Source: Scenedesmus sp. PABB004
Lineage: Eukaryota
Assembly (NCBI GenBank): GCA_014905635.1
Contig: CM026548.1
Location: 1,364,001 to 1,428,000 of the forward strand
Length of the DNA stretch: 64,000 nucleotides
Direction: 5' to 3'
Part shown: positions 1 through 11,512 of the stretch, piece by piece
Layout: each line of letters begins with the position of its first letter
Position numbering within the stretch: the stretch's first letter is position 1
Translations under genes and position numbers: made by a program
Notes under the pieces: model-generated
Databases searched by the model: none
Seen by the model: only the letters and a program-made list of their open reading frames with translations
Told to the model about the DNA's origin: nothing

Positions 1-653
1 GTCGTGCGCCGTGCGCCGGCGCGGCGTGTGACCGCGCGCTCCGCTGCCGCCCGCGCCGGGTGTTATGGCCTGCCCCGCGGCCCGTGGGCCGTTTCGTGCC
101 GCGCGGGCCGCCCCCTGCGAGCTGGGCAGGGCCGTCAGATCCTGCGTACCTCCGTGTGCACGCGGTGCCGCGCCGCGCCAGCGCCAGGACGTAGGCGACG
201 TTCCCGCAGCATGGCGCCTCGCGCCGCTGCCGGGCGTAGCGCGGCCCAGCGGCGAACTGCGCAGCACATCTCTCGCTGGTCGCGTGACTGAACGCCGCGT
301 ACAGGCCTCGCCAAGCAGCCCGCCGCTCAATTTATTCATTCTTATGCTTGCTCAAGCTCGATCAGCCATGACGAACGCAGCCCAGAGCGCTGTGCGGGCG
401 TGCGTAGCGGTCGCCGGACAGGGTCGCCATTGTTACATGCGAGAGTTGGCCCCTGCAGCTCACAGCGCCGCGCCGCGCCCTCGCGCGCCACATTCCGCGA
501 CTCCCCTAGGACAGCACCAGGCTTGGGACCACACGCACACTCAGGGCGCCGCTCCGCGCCCCCGCGCCAGCCGCCTTCCATCGTGCAGCCAGCGCCTCCT
601 TCAGGCGCACGCCCCGGACCTAGCACAGCTTCGGAGACCCCACACTGTCCCTC

Positions 654-2544
654 ATGGTGCTCCCCAGCACGCGCGCGTGCGCGCTGCTGCTCCTGGCGCT
701 GGCAGGTAGGGGTCGCCCTGGGGCGGACCTGCGGCCGGCCCCCCGCAGGCAGCGCGCGGGCGCAGCGCGCCGCAGCGGCGCGCCGGCTGCGACCTGACGC
801 CGCTCGTGTGGCCCCGCAGGCGCCTGCACAGCAGCGGCGCAGCCGGACTGCGCCGCGGGATGCGCCGGCGACTTTGCGCCCGCCACGGGCGCGGACGGCC
901 TCACATACATCAACGCCTGCGTGGCCCGCTGCCAGGGCGTGGCCGTGGCGTCCGGTGAGCACCGCGCGCGGCGCCGCAGCGGCGGGGGCACTCGGCAGCT
1001 AATCTCGGGCCAGCTGGTGCCCTCGGGCGGGTTGACCCCCGGTCCGCGGCCGCCGCCTGACCCCCCGCCCGCCGCCCACGCGCAGAGAACGCCGGCCAGG
1101 CGCCCGTTCCGGGCGCGCGGCCGGTCACGGCGGCCGACATGGCCGCGCACGAGGGCTTCAACTTCATTGACTTTGCCCGCGTGCGCCGCGTCCAGCCCAC
1201 CCTGCGCGGCGCCACCGCCAGCTCCGTGGGGTGAGGCGCGCGCGCGCCGCGCCGCGGGGCAGCGGCGCCGCCCGCCGGCCGCCCGCCGGCCGCCCGCCGG
1301 CCGCCGGTCGTCGCCGCCTGCTGACGCCCCGCGCCCGCCCCGCCGCGCCCCGCAGCGCGCCCAGCCTCGCGGGCCTGCCCACGGGCCGCGTGATCATGTA
1401 TGACGTCCCCCGGGGCGCCATCTACGTCACGCCCGCGCCCGCGGCCATGCCCGCCGACGCGGCCGAGGTCAGCGTCGCGGCGGTGCCCGGCAGCGGCGTC
1501 GGCCCCGTCTACGCCCCGCAGGCGACGCAGCCCGCGCCGCAGCCGGCGGCCGGCGGCGACGCGGAGATGTGGACGCCCACGCTGGACGTGGACCTGGGCA
1601 ACATCCTGCCCAAGGCCAGCCCCAGCCCCGCGCCGGCCGGCGAGGAGCAGCAGCAGCAGCAGCAGCAGGGCGGCGGCCGCCGCCTCGCGGCGGTGCAGAC
1701 GCCCGACGAGCGCGTCGCGGTCGCGTCGCCGCCGAGCGGCCTGCCGCTCGCGGCGGTCGGGCAGCTGCTCGGCCACGGCCAGGAGTGGCACTGCAGCGCG
1801 AGCCTCATTGGCGAGCGCACGCTGCTCACCGCGGCGCACTGCCTCTACGACCGCAACACCGGCTCCTTTGCGCGCGGCCTCTACTTTGTGCCTGGCCGCG
1901 TGCGCGGCGCCGACGGCGCGATCGTCGCGCCGTGGGGCGCGTTTGACGTGTCGGCCGTGTACATCATGAGCCAGTTCGTGTCGGGCGAGCCCCAGAGCAT
2001 CTGGGGCGCCGACATGGCGGTCGTGACGCTGCGCCCGGACGTGCGCCTCGGCGCCGTCGTCGGCCGGCTCGGCATCTCGGTGCCCGCCGCGCCCGCCGCG
2101 GCCGCGGCGGCGCCGCCGGCCGCCGACGTGCGCGGCGCGGCGCGCGACGTCGTGCCGACGAGCGCCGCCGCGCCCGCGGCGCCGCGCGGCGCCGGCCGCA
2201 AGGCCGGCCCCGGCGGCCGCCGCGCCCGCACGCCGGCCGCGCCCGCGGCGGAGCAGCTGTGGGAGGGCTCCCTGCGCACCGCGGGCTACCCGTCGGACCG
2301 GCCCGAGGGCACGCTCATCACGACGACCTGCGCGGCGAGCCAGGCGCTCGCCGGCGGGCCCGCGGGCACGATCCGCATCGGCTGCTCCACGCACCTCGGG
2401 CAGAGCGGGTCGCCGGTCTTCACCGACGGCCTGCAGGTCCGCGGCGTGGTGAGCTTTGAGATCGCCGGCGCGGACGGCTACAACGGCGCGAGCGCGATCA
2501 CGCACTACCTCTGGGCAAACCTCATTCAGCCGCGCCTGCAGTGA
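654..2544 (+). CDS. Secreted chymotrypsin-fold (S1, glutamyl-endopeptidase-like) serine protease with N-terminal atypical Kazal domain; exons ~654-705, 820-954, 1086-1230, 1356-2544
   Basis: Signal peptide MVLPSTRACALLLLALAG. Kazal-like exon DCAAGCAGDFAPATGADGLTYINACVARC. Catalytic motifs LTAAHC (His), ADMAVVTL (Asp), GQSGSP (Ser). GT-AG introns keep the frame. Confidence 0.85.
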
Positions 2545-4299
2545 AAAGGCTACAAACAGCCTCACTGCGGCGCCCCGACTCACCGACGTCACGGCGCCGG
2601 CGCCCGCCGCGCCCGAGACGCACTACGCACGCCCCCTTCTTCTTCGGACCGCCTCGGCCGAGGCGGCCGCGCCACCGGCGCGCCGCGCTCGCGCCCCCCA
2701 CGGTGCCGCCGCCCCGCCAGCACTCGCTGCGGCCGGGCGCGCCACCTCCCCATCATAAAACCTGCCGGCCGGCAGCAGCGCCGCGGCCTCACCCAGGCCC
2801 GGGCCTGCGCTGCCGCGCCGGCGCGCGCTGGCTCCGCCCAGCGCGCCCGGTTGGCCGGGAACGGCCCCTTTTCTGCAGCCGCGCCGCCGCCGCGGGCCCA
2901 ACCTGCAACCCGCGGCAGGCAGGCGCGGCCGGCCGGCTTATTGCTTTGGCAACGCGTTTCCTTCCGCACATGCGCGCCCATGTCAACTGTGTTGCTGCGC
3001 GCGCGATTGCCGGCTGCGCCCGGCACGCGGTGCTGCGGCCCAAACAAAGCAAGCAAATAAAACGCGCGCGCGCGGGCGGCATTGCCGCGCCGCCGCGCGC
3101 GGTCTCTCTCTGCCTGCCCCGCGCCGCTGCCGGCGGCCGCGGCGGCTCCTTTTTCGACCGGCTGTCCCCCGGCTGTCCCCCTATGCAGCACCGCTGAGCG
3201 GCCGCGCGCGCGGGCCTAACATCTGGCCCGCGCGCGCGGCGCCAGACGACGCCCACACTCCCGTCGGTCTCTCTCGGCCTCCCTTGCCTGCCCACACGCG
3301 TTTTGGGCTGGCTCGCTACACGCTATGCACGCTATGAGGCTTTGAGCAGCAGCAGGCCCCACGCCAGGGCCACCGTCGCAGCCCCCAAGCAGAGCAGAAG
3401 CAGAGCCCCCACCCCACCCCGCGCATGCGTGCGCGCGGGCGGAGGGCGTGCACACACACCTGGTGGAACCTCACACACTTGTGGCTCCTCGCGCGCCGCG
3501 GCGGCTGGCCAGGGCCAGCGCCGCGCGCGCGCGCACGCCTCCTCCTCCCCTGCACGCCCACGGGCTGGAGGGCGCGCTGCGCCCCCGGCCCTGTGCAGGC
3601 AATAAAAGCAACGAGGAAATAAGAAGGCCCTCTGTGGACCTCCGACTCTACATTATGCTGTGCTGTGCTCGACTCTGTCTGTCCCCCTGCCTAGGCTGCC
3701 TCCCCGGCACCCGTCCCCGCCTGCCGGGGCGTTGCCCGCGGTGCTGGTGGCGGGGGCCACGGGCTGGGGTCGCATGGGGTCGCATGACTAACTGGTTGTC
3801 ACACCCTAAATCAAAAGGGCTAAGCCCCTGCTACATAATCAATCAACAAGGCCAGCCCCTACTTAGCCTGCACGACTGCTGCGCCGCCGCCGCGCGCACC
3901 GCGGTGGCGCGCGCCGTGCGACAAGGGCCCGCCCGCCCGCCGGGCGGGCGGGCCTCGCTCGCGAGCAGCACCAGCTGCGCAGACGGCCGCCCCGCGCTGC
4001 TGCGCGCGGCGGCGCCAATAACGCCTCCGGGCGAGCATACGTATGGTCCGTATGGGTCGGTTTGCCTGCTGCTGCTGCGCACAGCGTGGTGGCTCTCCGA
4101 GGGAACGGGACGGACGGAACACACTTTTACCTGCCTCTTCACATCGAAAGTGGGACCGAGGGAAGCTGTTTTTTTGTCGCGCGCGTTGTACATGTAAACG
4201 TCTGGTCTCGCACTGCCACCAGACGCGCGTGACCCAGACAGACCACCGCGACTTAAGACAGACACACACAGGCAGCCCGCGCCTCACGCGGCGGGCGGG

Positions 4300-5256
4300 C
4301 TAGCAGCCCGCCTCGCCAAGCGCGCCCGCGATCGCCCGCCTGAGCGCGCCCCACTGCTGTTCCGCTGGCGCGCCCGCCGCCGCGGCGACCCGCAGCGCGG
4401 CCACGTCGGCCAGGCAGGCGCGCCGCGTCGTGTGGTCGGCCGGCAGGAGCGCCAGCTGGCGCAGCGCGCGGTGGAGCCGGCCCACGTGCAGTGCCGGGTC
4501 TCCACACACTGCTGCAAGGGGGCCGGCCAGCAGGCCGGCCAGCCAGCACGCGGTCGCAAGCACCTCGCCGCCGGCCGGCCCGGGCGGAGCCGCGCTCTGC
4601 CCCGGCAGGCCTGCTCCGTCTGCGGCGGCGCCGGCAGCGGGGACGGGGGGAGCCGCGGCCCGCGCCGCCTGCTGCTGCGCCCCAGTCGCCTGCCGGCCGG
4701 CCTGCTGCGCCTCCAGCCACGCTCCGAGCGGCATGGCCGCGCCGCCGCGGGTCGTCGTCACCGAGAGCCGCCAGGTCTTGCGCTTGCTGCCCGCCCTGAG
4801 CGCGAAGGCTGTCAGCGAGACCGGCTGGCTGGGCGCGCCCTGCACGGCGGCGGCGCACGCGGCGGTCGGGAGCGGCGGCGGGGCAGGTCGGCGGGCGGCT
4901 CGGCGCGGCGCAAGCAGCAGCACAACGGGCGCGCTGCGGGCCGCCGCTGCGCCTAGCGTGCGGCGGCGCGCGCCTGGCCCTGCTCCGGCGTCACCAGCAC
5001 GTGCATGCTTTGCAGGTCCAGGACGCCGGTCAGGCCTTGGCACGCGACGGGCAGGTGGCCGACGCCGCGCGCCGCGGCGACCGACGCGCGCCCGGTCGCG
5101 CTCGGGGCAGCCGAGCCAGCCTTGGCGCCGCCACCGCGGCCGCCGCTGCTGCCGGGCTGAGGCTGCGCGGCGCCGTTGACCGGCAGCTGCCCGGGCGGCT
5201 GCTGCTGAGCGGCTGGCTGCTGCCGCGGCTGCGCGCGTGCCAGCAGGCCCCACACA

Positions 5257-5294
<38 letters not shown>

Positions 5295-6194
5295 GCCGCT
5301 GGGGGCGACCGCGGCCCCCGCCCCGCCGCTGCGCGCTGCCGCAAAGGCCGCCGCCAAGTGCTGCCCCAGCTCCTGCTCAAAGCGCGCAGCGACGCCCACG
5401 CCCGTGGCGCTCGCACGGCGCGGCTCGCCAGCCCCGGACGGCGGCGGCGGCCGGCTGGCGCGCCGCGCCGCGCAGGCGCGCGCGCGGCCGCGCGCGCCGC
5501 CGCGCGCGCCGCGCTCCGGCGCTGCCGCCGCCGCGGCCTTGAACGCCAGCCGTGCGTCCTGCAGCTCGCCGCGCAGCCGCGCCGCCGCGCCGCCGCGCGC
5601 GAGGGCCTCCACCTCTGGCAGCGCGACCACCGACTCCACGAACGACACGTAGACCGCGGCGGTCCCCGGGAGCTTGCTGCACGCGAGCGCGCGCACGAGC
5701 GCGCGCGGGCGCGCGAGCAGCGCCGCGACGTCCGCCTCGCCGCCGAGCGCGCGCGACCAGAGGCGGAAGGGCGTGATGTAGTTGCCCGGCGCGAGCATGC
5801 TCGGCCGCATGCGGTCCACCCACAGCGCGGTGAGCTGGTCCAGCGTCATCGCGCCGGCGCGCCACGCCGGCCGCGGCGGCGGCGGCGGCGGCGACGGTGC
5901 GGCGCGCGCAGCGCCGCCGCCGGCGTCGGCGCTCGCCGCGTGCGCCGCCGCGGCGGCGAGGCGCGCCATGCCGCTGTGGGCGCCCGCCGGCGGCGAGGCG
6001 GCCGCCGACGCGCCACCCGACGCCGCGTCGTCGGCGTCGCACTGGCTGCCCAGGCTCACCGAGCCCTCGGCGCTGCTGCGCGGCCCGCACGGCGGCCCGC
6101 GCGCGTGCATCAGCTCCAGCTGCGCGGCCAGGACCGGCGGCGGCGGCGCCAGCGGCCCAGGGGGCGCGCACGGCGGCGAGATCCAGCTGGCCAT
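4300..6194 (-). CDS. SAND-domain (VARL/RegA-like) putative transcription regulator; GC-AG intron ~4973-4840 splits the domain
   Basis: Spliced LPVACQGLTGVLDLQSMHVLV...VSLTAFALRAGSKRKTWRLSVTT...MPLGAWLE resembles the SAND/VARL core (V.C....G.LD ... F...AG...K.W..SI ... PLG.WL). ATG at 6194, TAG at 4300. Confidence 0.65.
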
Positions 6195-6261
6195 GTGCGT
6201 AACGGCGCTGCGGTGGCTCGTGGGCCGCGGGGTCGGTCGCAAGAGCCTGTGGCGCCAAAAC

Positions 6262-6663
6262 TGCTGTTCGCTGCCGTCGGGCGCTGGGCCCGCGCGGCGG
6301 CTGCCTGGGCGGGTCTGCGGTGTCGCAGGGCCCACACGGGGGCCACGGGGCGATGCGTTCGATCGCGGTGGGCCAGCAGCGCAGCGGCGGCGGGCTCAGC
6401 GGCGCGCTCGCGCGGCTGCGTGCTGCGGCTGCCCTGGCCTGGCCTCCACGCGATGCGTGTGTGAGGGAGGCCCACGGGCGGCCGGGTGGTGGCTGTGCGC
6501 GCCGCCGGCCGCCGCGCGAACCGCGCGGGCCCCGCGCCCGCCCGACCGCCGCGCGCCGGTGCGGCAGCAAGCCGAGCGCGGCGGCGCCTGCACGGCGGCG
6601 GCGGTCAGCGCAGCAGCAGAGGGTCGTTGCAGCAGGGGCACGCGCGCCGCCGGCGCCCGCCGC
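6262..6663 (-). repeat. Element R, copy 1 (downstream of LRR copy 1, directly upstream of the SAND gene ATG)
   Basis: Aligns by eye to 8872-9281 (same orientation) and 21827-22256 (inverted), e.g. cctgctgcaac..ccctctgctgctgcgc and gacccgcccaggcagccgccgcgc. Confidence 0.9.
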
Positions 6664-6907
6664 AGCCCGCGACCAGCCGGCCAGCGCGCGCGCCTGCCCA
6701 CTCCGCAGCACGAGCCGCCGCGCCCATCCCAACTCAACTCGCCGCCGCAGCCACGCACATGCCCCGTGCGGCCAGCCACCCAACCACGCGCTGAGCTGCC
6801 CTGGCCGCCTCGCGGCGACAGTGCCGCCGCCAGGCGCGCCAAAGCCACCACCGTGCCCGCAGCTGCGGCGCCGGCCCGGCGGCACACTCTCCGTCCGGTG
6901 GGAAGGG

Positions 6908-8855
6908 TCAATACGTCACCACCACACTGCACTCGCTGCGCACCGCCTGGCGCGCCGCCTGGCGCACCGCCTCTTCCAGGTTGTACACCTGCAGCTCCCT
7001 GAGCCGCACCAGGGCGCTCAGGCAGTGCGCGTTGGCCACCGTGACTGCCGGCGCCGGGAGTCTCAGGTGCGTGAGCTGCGTCAGGCGCTTGCACAGCACC
7101 GGCAGGGCGGCGCCGGTCAGCGTGCTGTCCGAAACCTCCAGAGCCATCAGGCCGGGCAGGCGGCGCGCCACAGCACACAGCGCGCCGTCGTCGATGCGCC
7201 AAACGCAAAGGTCGGCGAGCGCCGGCGGCGCAAGCGCCTCGGCGGCCGCCGCGTCAAACACGCCAGAGGAGCGAAACCGGAAATTGTTCAGGCTGGGCAG
7301 CCGCGACAGCGCCGCCGTCACCGGCGCCAGCGACGCGGCCGGCTGAGGCGCGCCGTCCGCAGCCAGGGGCGGCGGCGCGAGGTGGATGCCGAGCAATTCA
7401 AACTGACGCAGCGCCGTCAGCTGGCCGAGCTCCGCGCCCAGCTCGGCCGCGCTCGGCAGCCCTCCCTCCTCTGCAGTGCCCTGAAGCTGGAGCATGGTGA
7501 GGCCGCGCAGCTGTGACAGGTGCGGCAGCAGGGCGCGCACCAGCGCGATGCTAAGGCCCACCAGCGGCAGCCGCGGCCACACCGGCGCCGCCGCATGCAG
7601 TACCTCGTCGATATCCTCATCATCGCCTGAATCGTCCTCCCACGAGTGCGAGTGGGAGTAATCCAGCTCCACGCTGCTGAGGCGCGCCAGGGCCGTGAGC
7701 CGGCCCAGCTCGTGCGCAGGCACCTGGCGGGCGTCCCCCAGGCGCAGCGCGCGCAGCCGGCTGAGCGCCAGCAGGGGCTCCATGCTGTCAATACAGTCCA
7801 CGGTCAGCTTCTCCAGGCTGGGCGGCAGCGCGTCACCCACGCCAGCGATATACGTGAGTGCAGTCAGCGCGGAGAGGTGGCGCAGGTCCCGGCCGGTGTA
7901 GGGTGGCGGCCCCACCCGGAAAGCGGTCGCTGCCAACTCGACCACGCCCGCCGGCAGGGCGCTCAGGCTGCCCTGAGTGCTAACGACCAGCCGCGTGAGC
8001 TGGTGGTGGCCTGCCAGCGCCGGCAGCAGGCGATGCACCTGGCCGGCCTCGTTGCCCAGCTCCAGCGAGCGCAGGGCCGTCAGGCGTGACAGCGTCGCCG
8101 CCAGGCGCGGCAGGTGCGGGGCGTCGCCACCCTCAAACAGCCAAGCCCTCAGGGACGTGAGGTGGCTGGCGGGCAGCTCCCGCAGCAGCGCCGCTGCAGG
8201 TGCTGCACCGACACATGAGCTGAACTCCAGCAGCCGCAGGGGCCGCGCCGCCGCCGCCGAGCGCAGCGCGGCTGCCACAGGAGCCGTGTCTGGGCTGTCC
8301 CAGACGTCCAGCGCGGCGAGGATGTGCGCGTGGCGCGGCAGCCAGCAGTCGGCGAACGACGCGGCCCTGGCGTGTCGCGGCCCAACACGCAGGCCCCAGC
8401 ACAGCGTGTCGACTGCGCGCGGGCGGCGGCAGGGACGTCAGGGGCAGCGACTGAGCGCGCTGGCCGCGCCAAGCACTGCGATTCAGCGCCCCGAGCCGGC
8501 AGCTGCCGCGCGCCGCCGCCGCCGCCGCGCCCGCTGGCGCCGCCGCCCGCACCCGCGGCGCGCGTGGCGCGGCTGGTCGCGAGCAGCTTGGCCACCACGC
8601 CCAGGTCTTCGTACACCGCCGAGTGCGCCAGCAGCAGCGACCAGGCGTCGTGCAGGGGAGCGGCCACAGCCTCCGCCGCGCCTGGCGGGGTGGCAGCAGC
8701 CGGCGGCGTGGGCGAGCGCGCCGGGCGTGGGCCTGCGGGGGCTGCCTGCCTGCCGCGGGCCACCGCCCCGGGCGTCCTGACGCTGCCACCACGCACGCCC
8801 CTCCCAGCCACGCACCCTGGGCGGCCTCGCGCTGCGCGGCGCGACGGGTGCGCAT
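6908..8855 (-). CDS. Leucine-rich-repeat (RNI-like) protein, copy 1, intact; two short 5' exons then one long LRR exon
   Basis: MRTRRAAQREAAQG|..LHDAWSLLLAH..|VDTLCWGLRV..WLPRHAHIL.., then repeated LxxLxxLxxLxL units (LSRLTALRSLEL, LSQLRGLTMLQL). TGA at 6908. Confidence 0.85.
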
Positions 8856-8871
8856 GGCGGCGCACGGGCGC

Positions 8872-9281
8872 TGCTGTCGGCGCTGCCGCGGCGCCTGGGG
8901 GCGCTGGGCCGGCGCGGCGGCTGCCTGGGCGGGTCGGCAGTGCCGCAGGGCACACACGGGCACCACGGGGCAGTGCGTTCGACCGCGGTGAGCGGCGCAG
9001 CAGCGGCGGCGGGCTCGGGCGCGCTCGTGCGGCTGCTTGCTGCGGCTGCCCTCCGGGGTCTGGAGGCGGCGTGTGTGTGTGCGGGAGGGAGGCCCACGGG
9101 CGGCCGGGTGTGCGGCTGTTCGCGCCGCCGCCGCGTGAACCGCGGGCCCCGCGCCTGTCCGCCTGCCGCGCGCCGGAGCAGCAACACGCCGGGCGCGCGG
9201 CGGCGGCTGTGCCGCGGCGGCGGCCAGCGCAGCAGCAGAGGGGCGTTGCAGCAGGGGCACGCGCGCCGCCGCACACTCCGC
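8872..9281 (-). repeat. Element R, copy 2 (between the HAD stop codon and the LRR copy 1 ATG)
   Basis: Direct repeat of 6262-6663; begins ~8-10 bp after the HAD TGA (9289-9291). Confidence 0.9.
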
Positions 9282-9288
9282 AGGGCGG

Positions 9289-11022
9289 TCAGGCGTCGGC
9301 GCCGGCCATGAGCGCGGCAAAGGCCGCGGCGTCGAGCAGGCGTATGCGCGGGTGCGCCGCCGCGGCGTCGCGCTCGGCGGGCGTGTTGTAGCCCCAGTCG
9401 ACCAGGAAGAGCGACCAGCCCTCCGCGCCGGGCGTCGCCGCGACCTGCGCCGCCCGCACGGCGAGGCGCGCCTCGGCGCGGCGCCCGGCGGCCCTTTGCT
9501 CGCCGCCGCCGCCCCGCCCCGCCGCGTGCCGCCCGGGCGCAGCGCACCTTTTCGAGCGTGGAGGCCTTGTCCTCGACAAACAGGCGCTGCACGGCGCCCG
9601 GGTGCGCGGCCGCGAGGCGCGCGAGCACGGCGGCCTTGGGCTCGCCGCTGAGCGTGGTCGAGTGGATGCGCTCCGCCGGCAGCGGCACGCCCGCCATGTC
9701 CCGGAGCAGCGTCTCGGTGTAGTGCGCCTGGCGAGTGTGTGTGTGTGTGGGGGGGGGGGGTGGGAGAGCCCCAGGGCGCGCGGCGGCCGGACCGTCGGCA
9801 GCGCCGCGGCGCGCCGTGCAGCCGGGGCGCGCCGGCGAGGCTGAGCCCGCCCCCGGCTCGAGCGGCGCTGCAGCCCCGAGCGGCGGCCGCGCCCGCCCGC
9901 GCACGCGCGCCCGCCACCGGCGCAGCAGCGGCCGCACCTGCTTGGTGGTGACCACGTAGACCTCGTCCGCCGCCGCCGCGGCCCGCACCGCGTCGGCGAC
10001 GCCGTCGTAGATGCGGTTGGGCGCGAGCCAGCCGGCCAGGTCCTCCGCGATCCACGCGTCCCGCACCGACCCAAACAGCGACACCAGCTGCGCCCGCGGC
10101 GGCGGCGCGCGACGGCGTGGGCGCGCGGTGGGCGCGCGGCGGCGGCGCGCGGCACGCAAAGACAGCGACCCCGGCCCCGGCGCCGTGCCCCGCCGCGCCG
10201 CGCCGCTCGCCTCGCCGCGGTCGAGGCCCCACTGCTGCATCTTGGCCGGCAGCATCGCGCCCCAGCAGCTCAGCATCTCCTCCACGCCCACGCCCTCGTA
10301 GAGGCACCGAATCTGGACGATGTTCTCATACCTGGGGCGCGGCGGGCCCAGCGCGGCTCACACACAGGGGAGGGAAGGCTGCTGCGCGCCGCCGCGGCGC
10401 GGCGCAGCGCAGCGCAGCGCGGCGCGGCGGTGCGGCGCGGAGCGCACCCCGTCTCGACGACCGGCCGCACCGCGCGCATCTGCTCGACCAGCCGCGGCTT
10501 GGCCGCCTCCGCGGCGGGCGTCTGGAAGATCTCCGGCCACTTGATCGCGGCGGCCTGCAAGCGGCGGCCGGCGCAGGTCGGCCGCCGCGGCGCGGGTCGG
10601 CGGGCCCGGGCGCATGCTGCGCGCCGTGCGCCGCGCGCCTTGAACGCAGACAGGCTGCTCTCGCCCACGGAGTCGCAGATCACGCTGCGGTGCGGGGGCG
10701 CGGCGGGGGCGGCAGGAGGTTGAGCACGACCGCCGAGCTGCTGCGGTGCCCGCGGAGTGCGGCAGCAGCGCCGCCGCTCACCCGTCAAAGTCCAGCGCTA
10801 TCAGGCGCTTGCCGGCCGCGGCTGTCGGCACGAGAGGGAGGAGGTGGCTGTGAGCGCGCGAACGCGGCCGGTGGGGCGACCCGGCGCGCACGCAAGCGCA
10901 CCTGCGACGGCCATTTTGGCGCTGCTGCTCCTCCTGCTGCTCCTGCTGCTCCTGCCCAGCGCCCCGCGCGGCGACGGCCCGCCCAGCCGCCAGCTGTGCC
11001 GCAGTGATGACGACAGTGCCAT
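9289..11022 (-). CDS. Plastid-targeted HAD-superfamily hydrolase (multi-exon)
   Basis: Ser/Arg-rich transit-like N-terminus MALSSSLRHSW. Motif I LIALDFDG|VICDS, then VYVVTTKQ, LFVEDK and LFLVDWGYNT, typical of the cyanobacterial/plant HAD family. Confidence 0.85.
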
Positions 11023-11512
11023 ACGGGGCAGCGCTGTCGAGGCGGCTGCGCGTCGGCGGCGGGCGGCGTGGGCGGCGCTGCCCGCGCAGAGCGCGGCGCG
11101 GTGGCGGCGCTGATCGGCCCGGCCTGCGCGAGAGCCGGCACGCAGGTGTGGGGAGCGGGGGCGAGCGCGCTGCCGAGCTCGGGCGCCCAGCGCCGCGCGG
11201 CGGGGTTCAGGGCTGGCGCCGAGCCGGAGCGGGAGAAGTCTCGCGTATTTACACCTCCCTGCCCTGTTATTGGTGAGGTCATGTTGGCCAACGTTGCTGG
11301 TCAACTGATTATTGCCACTCCAGCCCCCGGCGCGGCGTTGCAGCGGCAGCTTGTCCAGCTGCGCGACGGGCGCGTTGGTTGCTTGCGCAGCAACCGGCGC
11401 CCGCCCGTGCCATCCATCCAACACACTGTGCATCGCGTACGCCCACCTGAGGCCTGCGCCCGCCGTCACCCAATCACCGTGGCGGACGCCGCTCCCCGGC
11501 GCCGCGCCGCGC

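Noticed and set aside
6262..9281. R-LRR-R as an LTR retrotransposon
   Set aside because: There is no gag/pol, no TG..CA termini, no PBS/PPT and no short TSD visible, and the internal gene retains introns. It is kept only as an unexplained repeat-bracketed cassette.
11240..11470. Lower-GC stretch in frame with the HAD start, as an N-terminal extension or separate gene
   Set aside because: It lies just downstream of the septin stop and contains TGTAA on the minus strand (~11253-11249), so it is best explained as septin 3' UTR.
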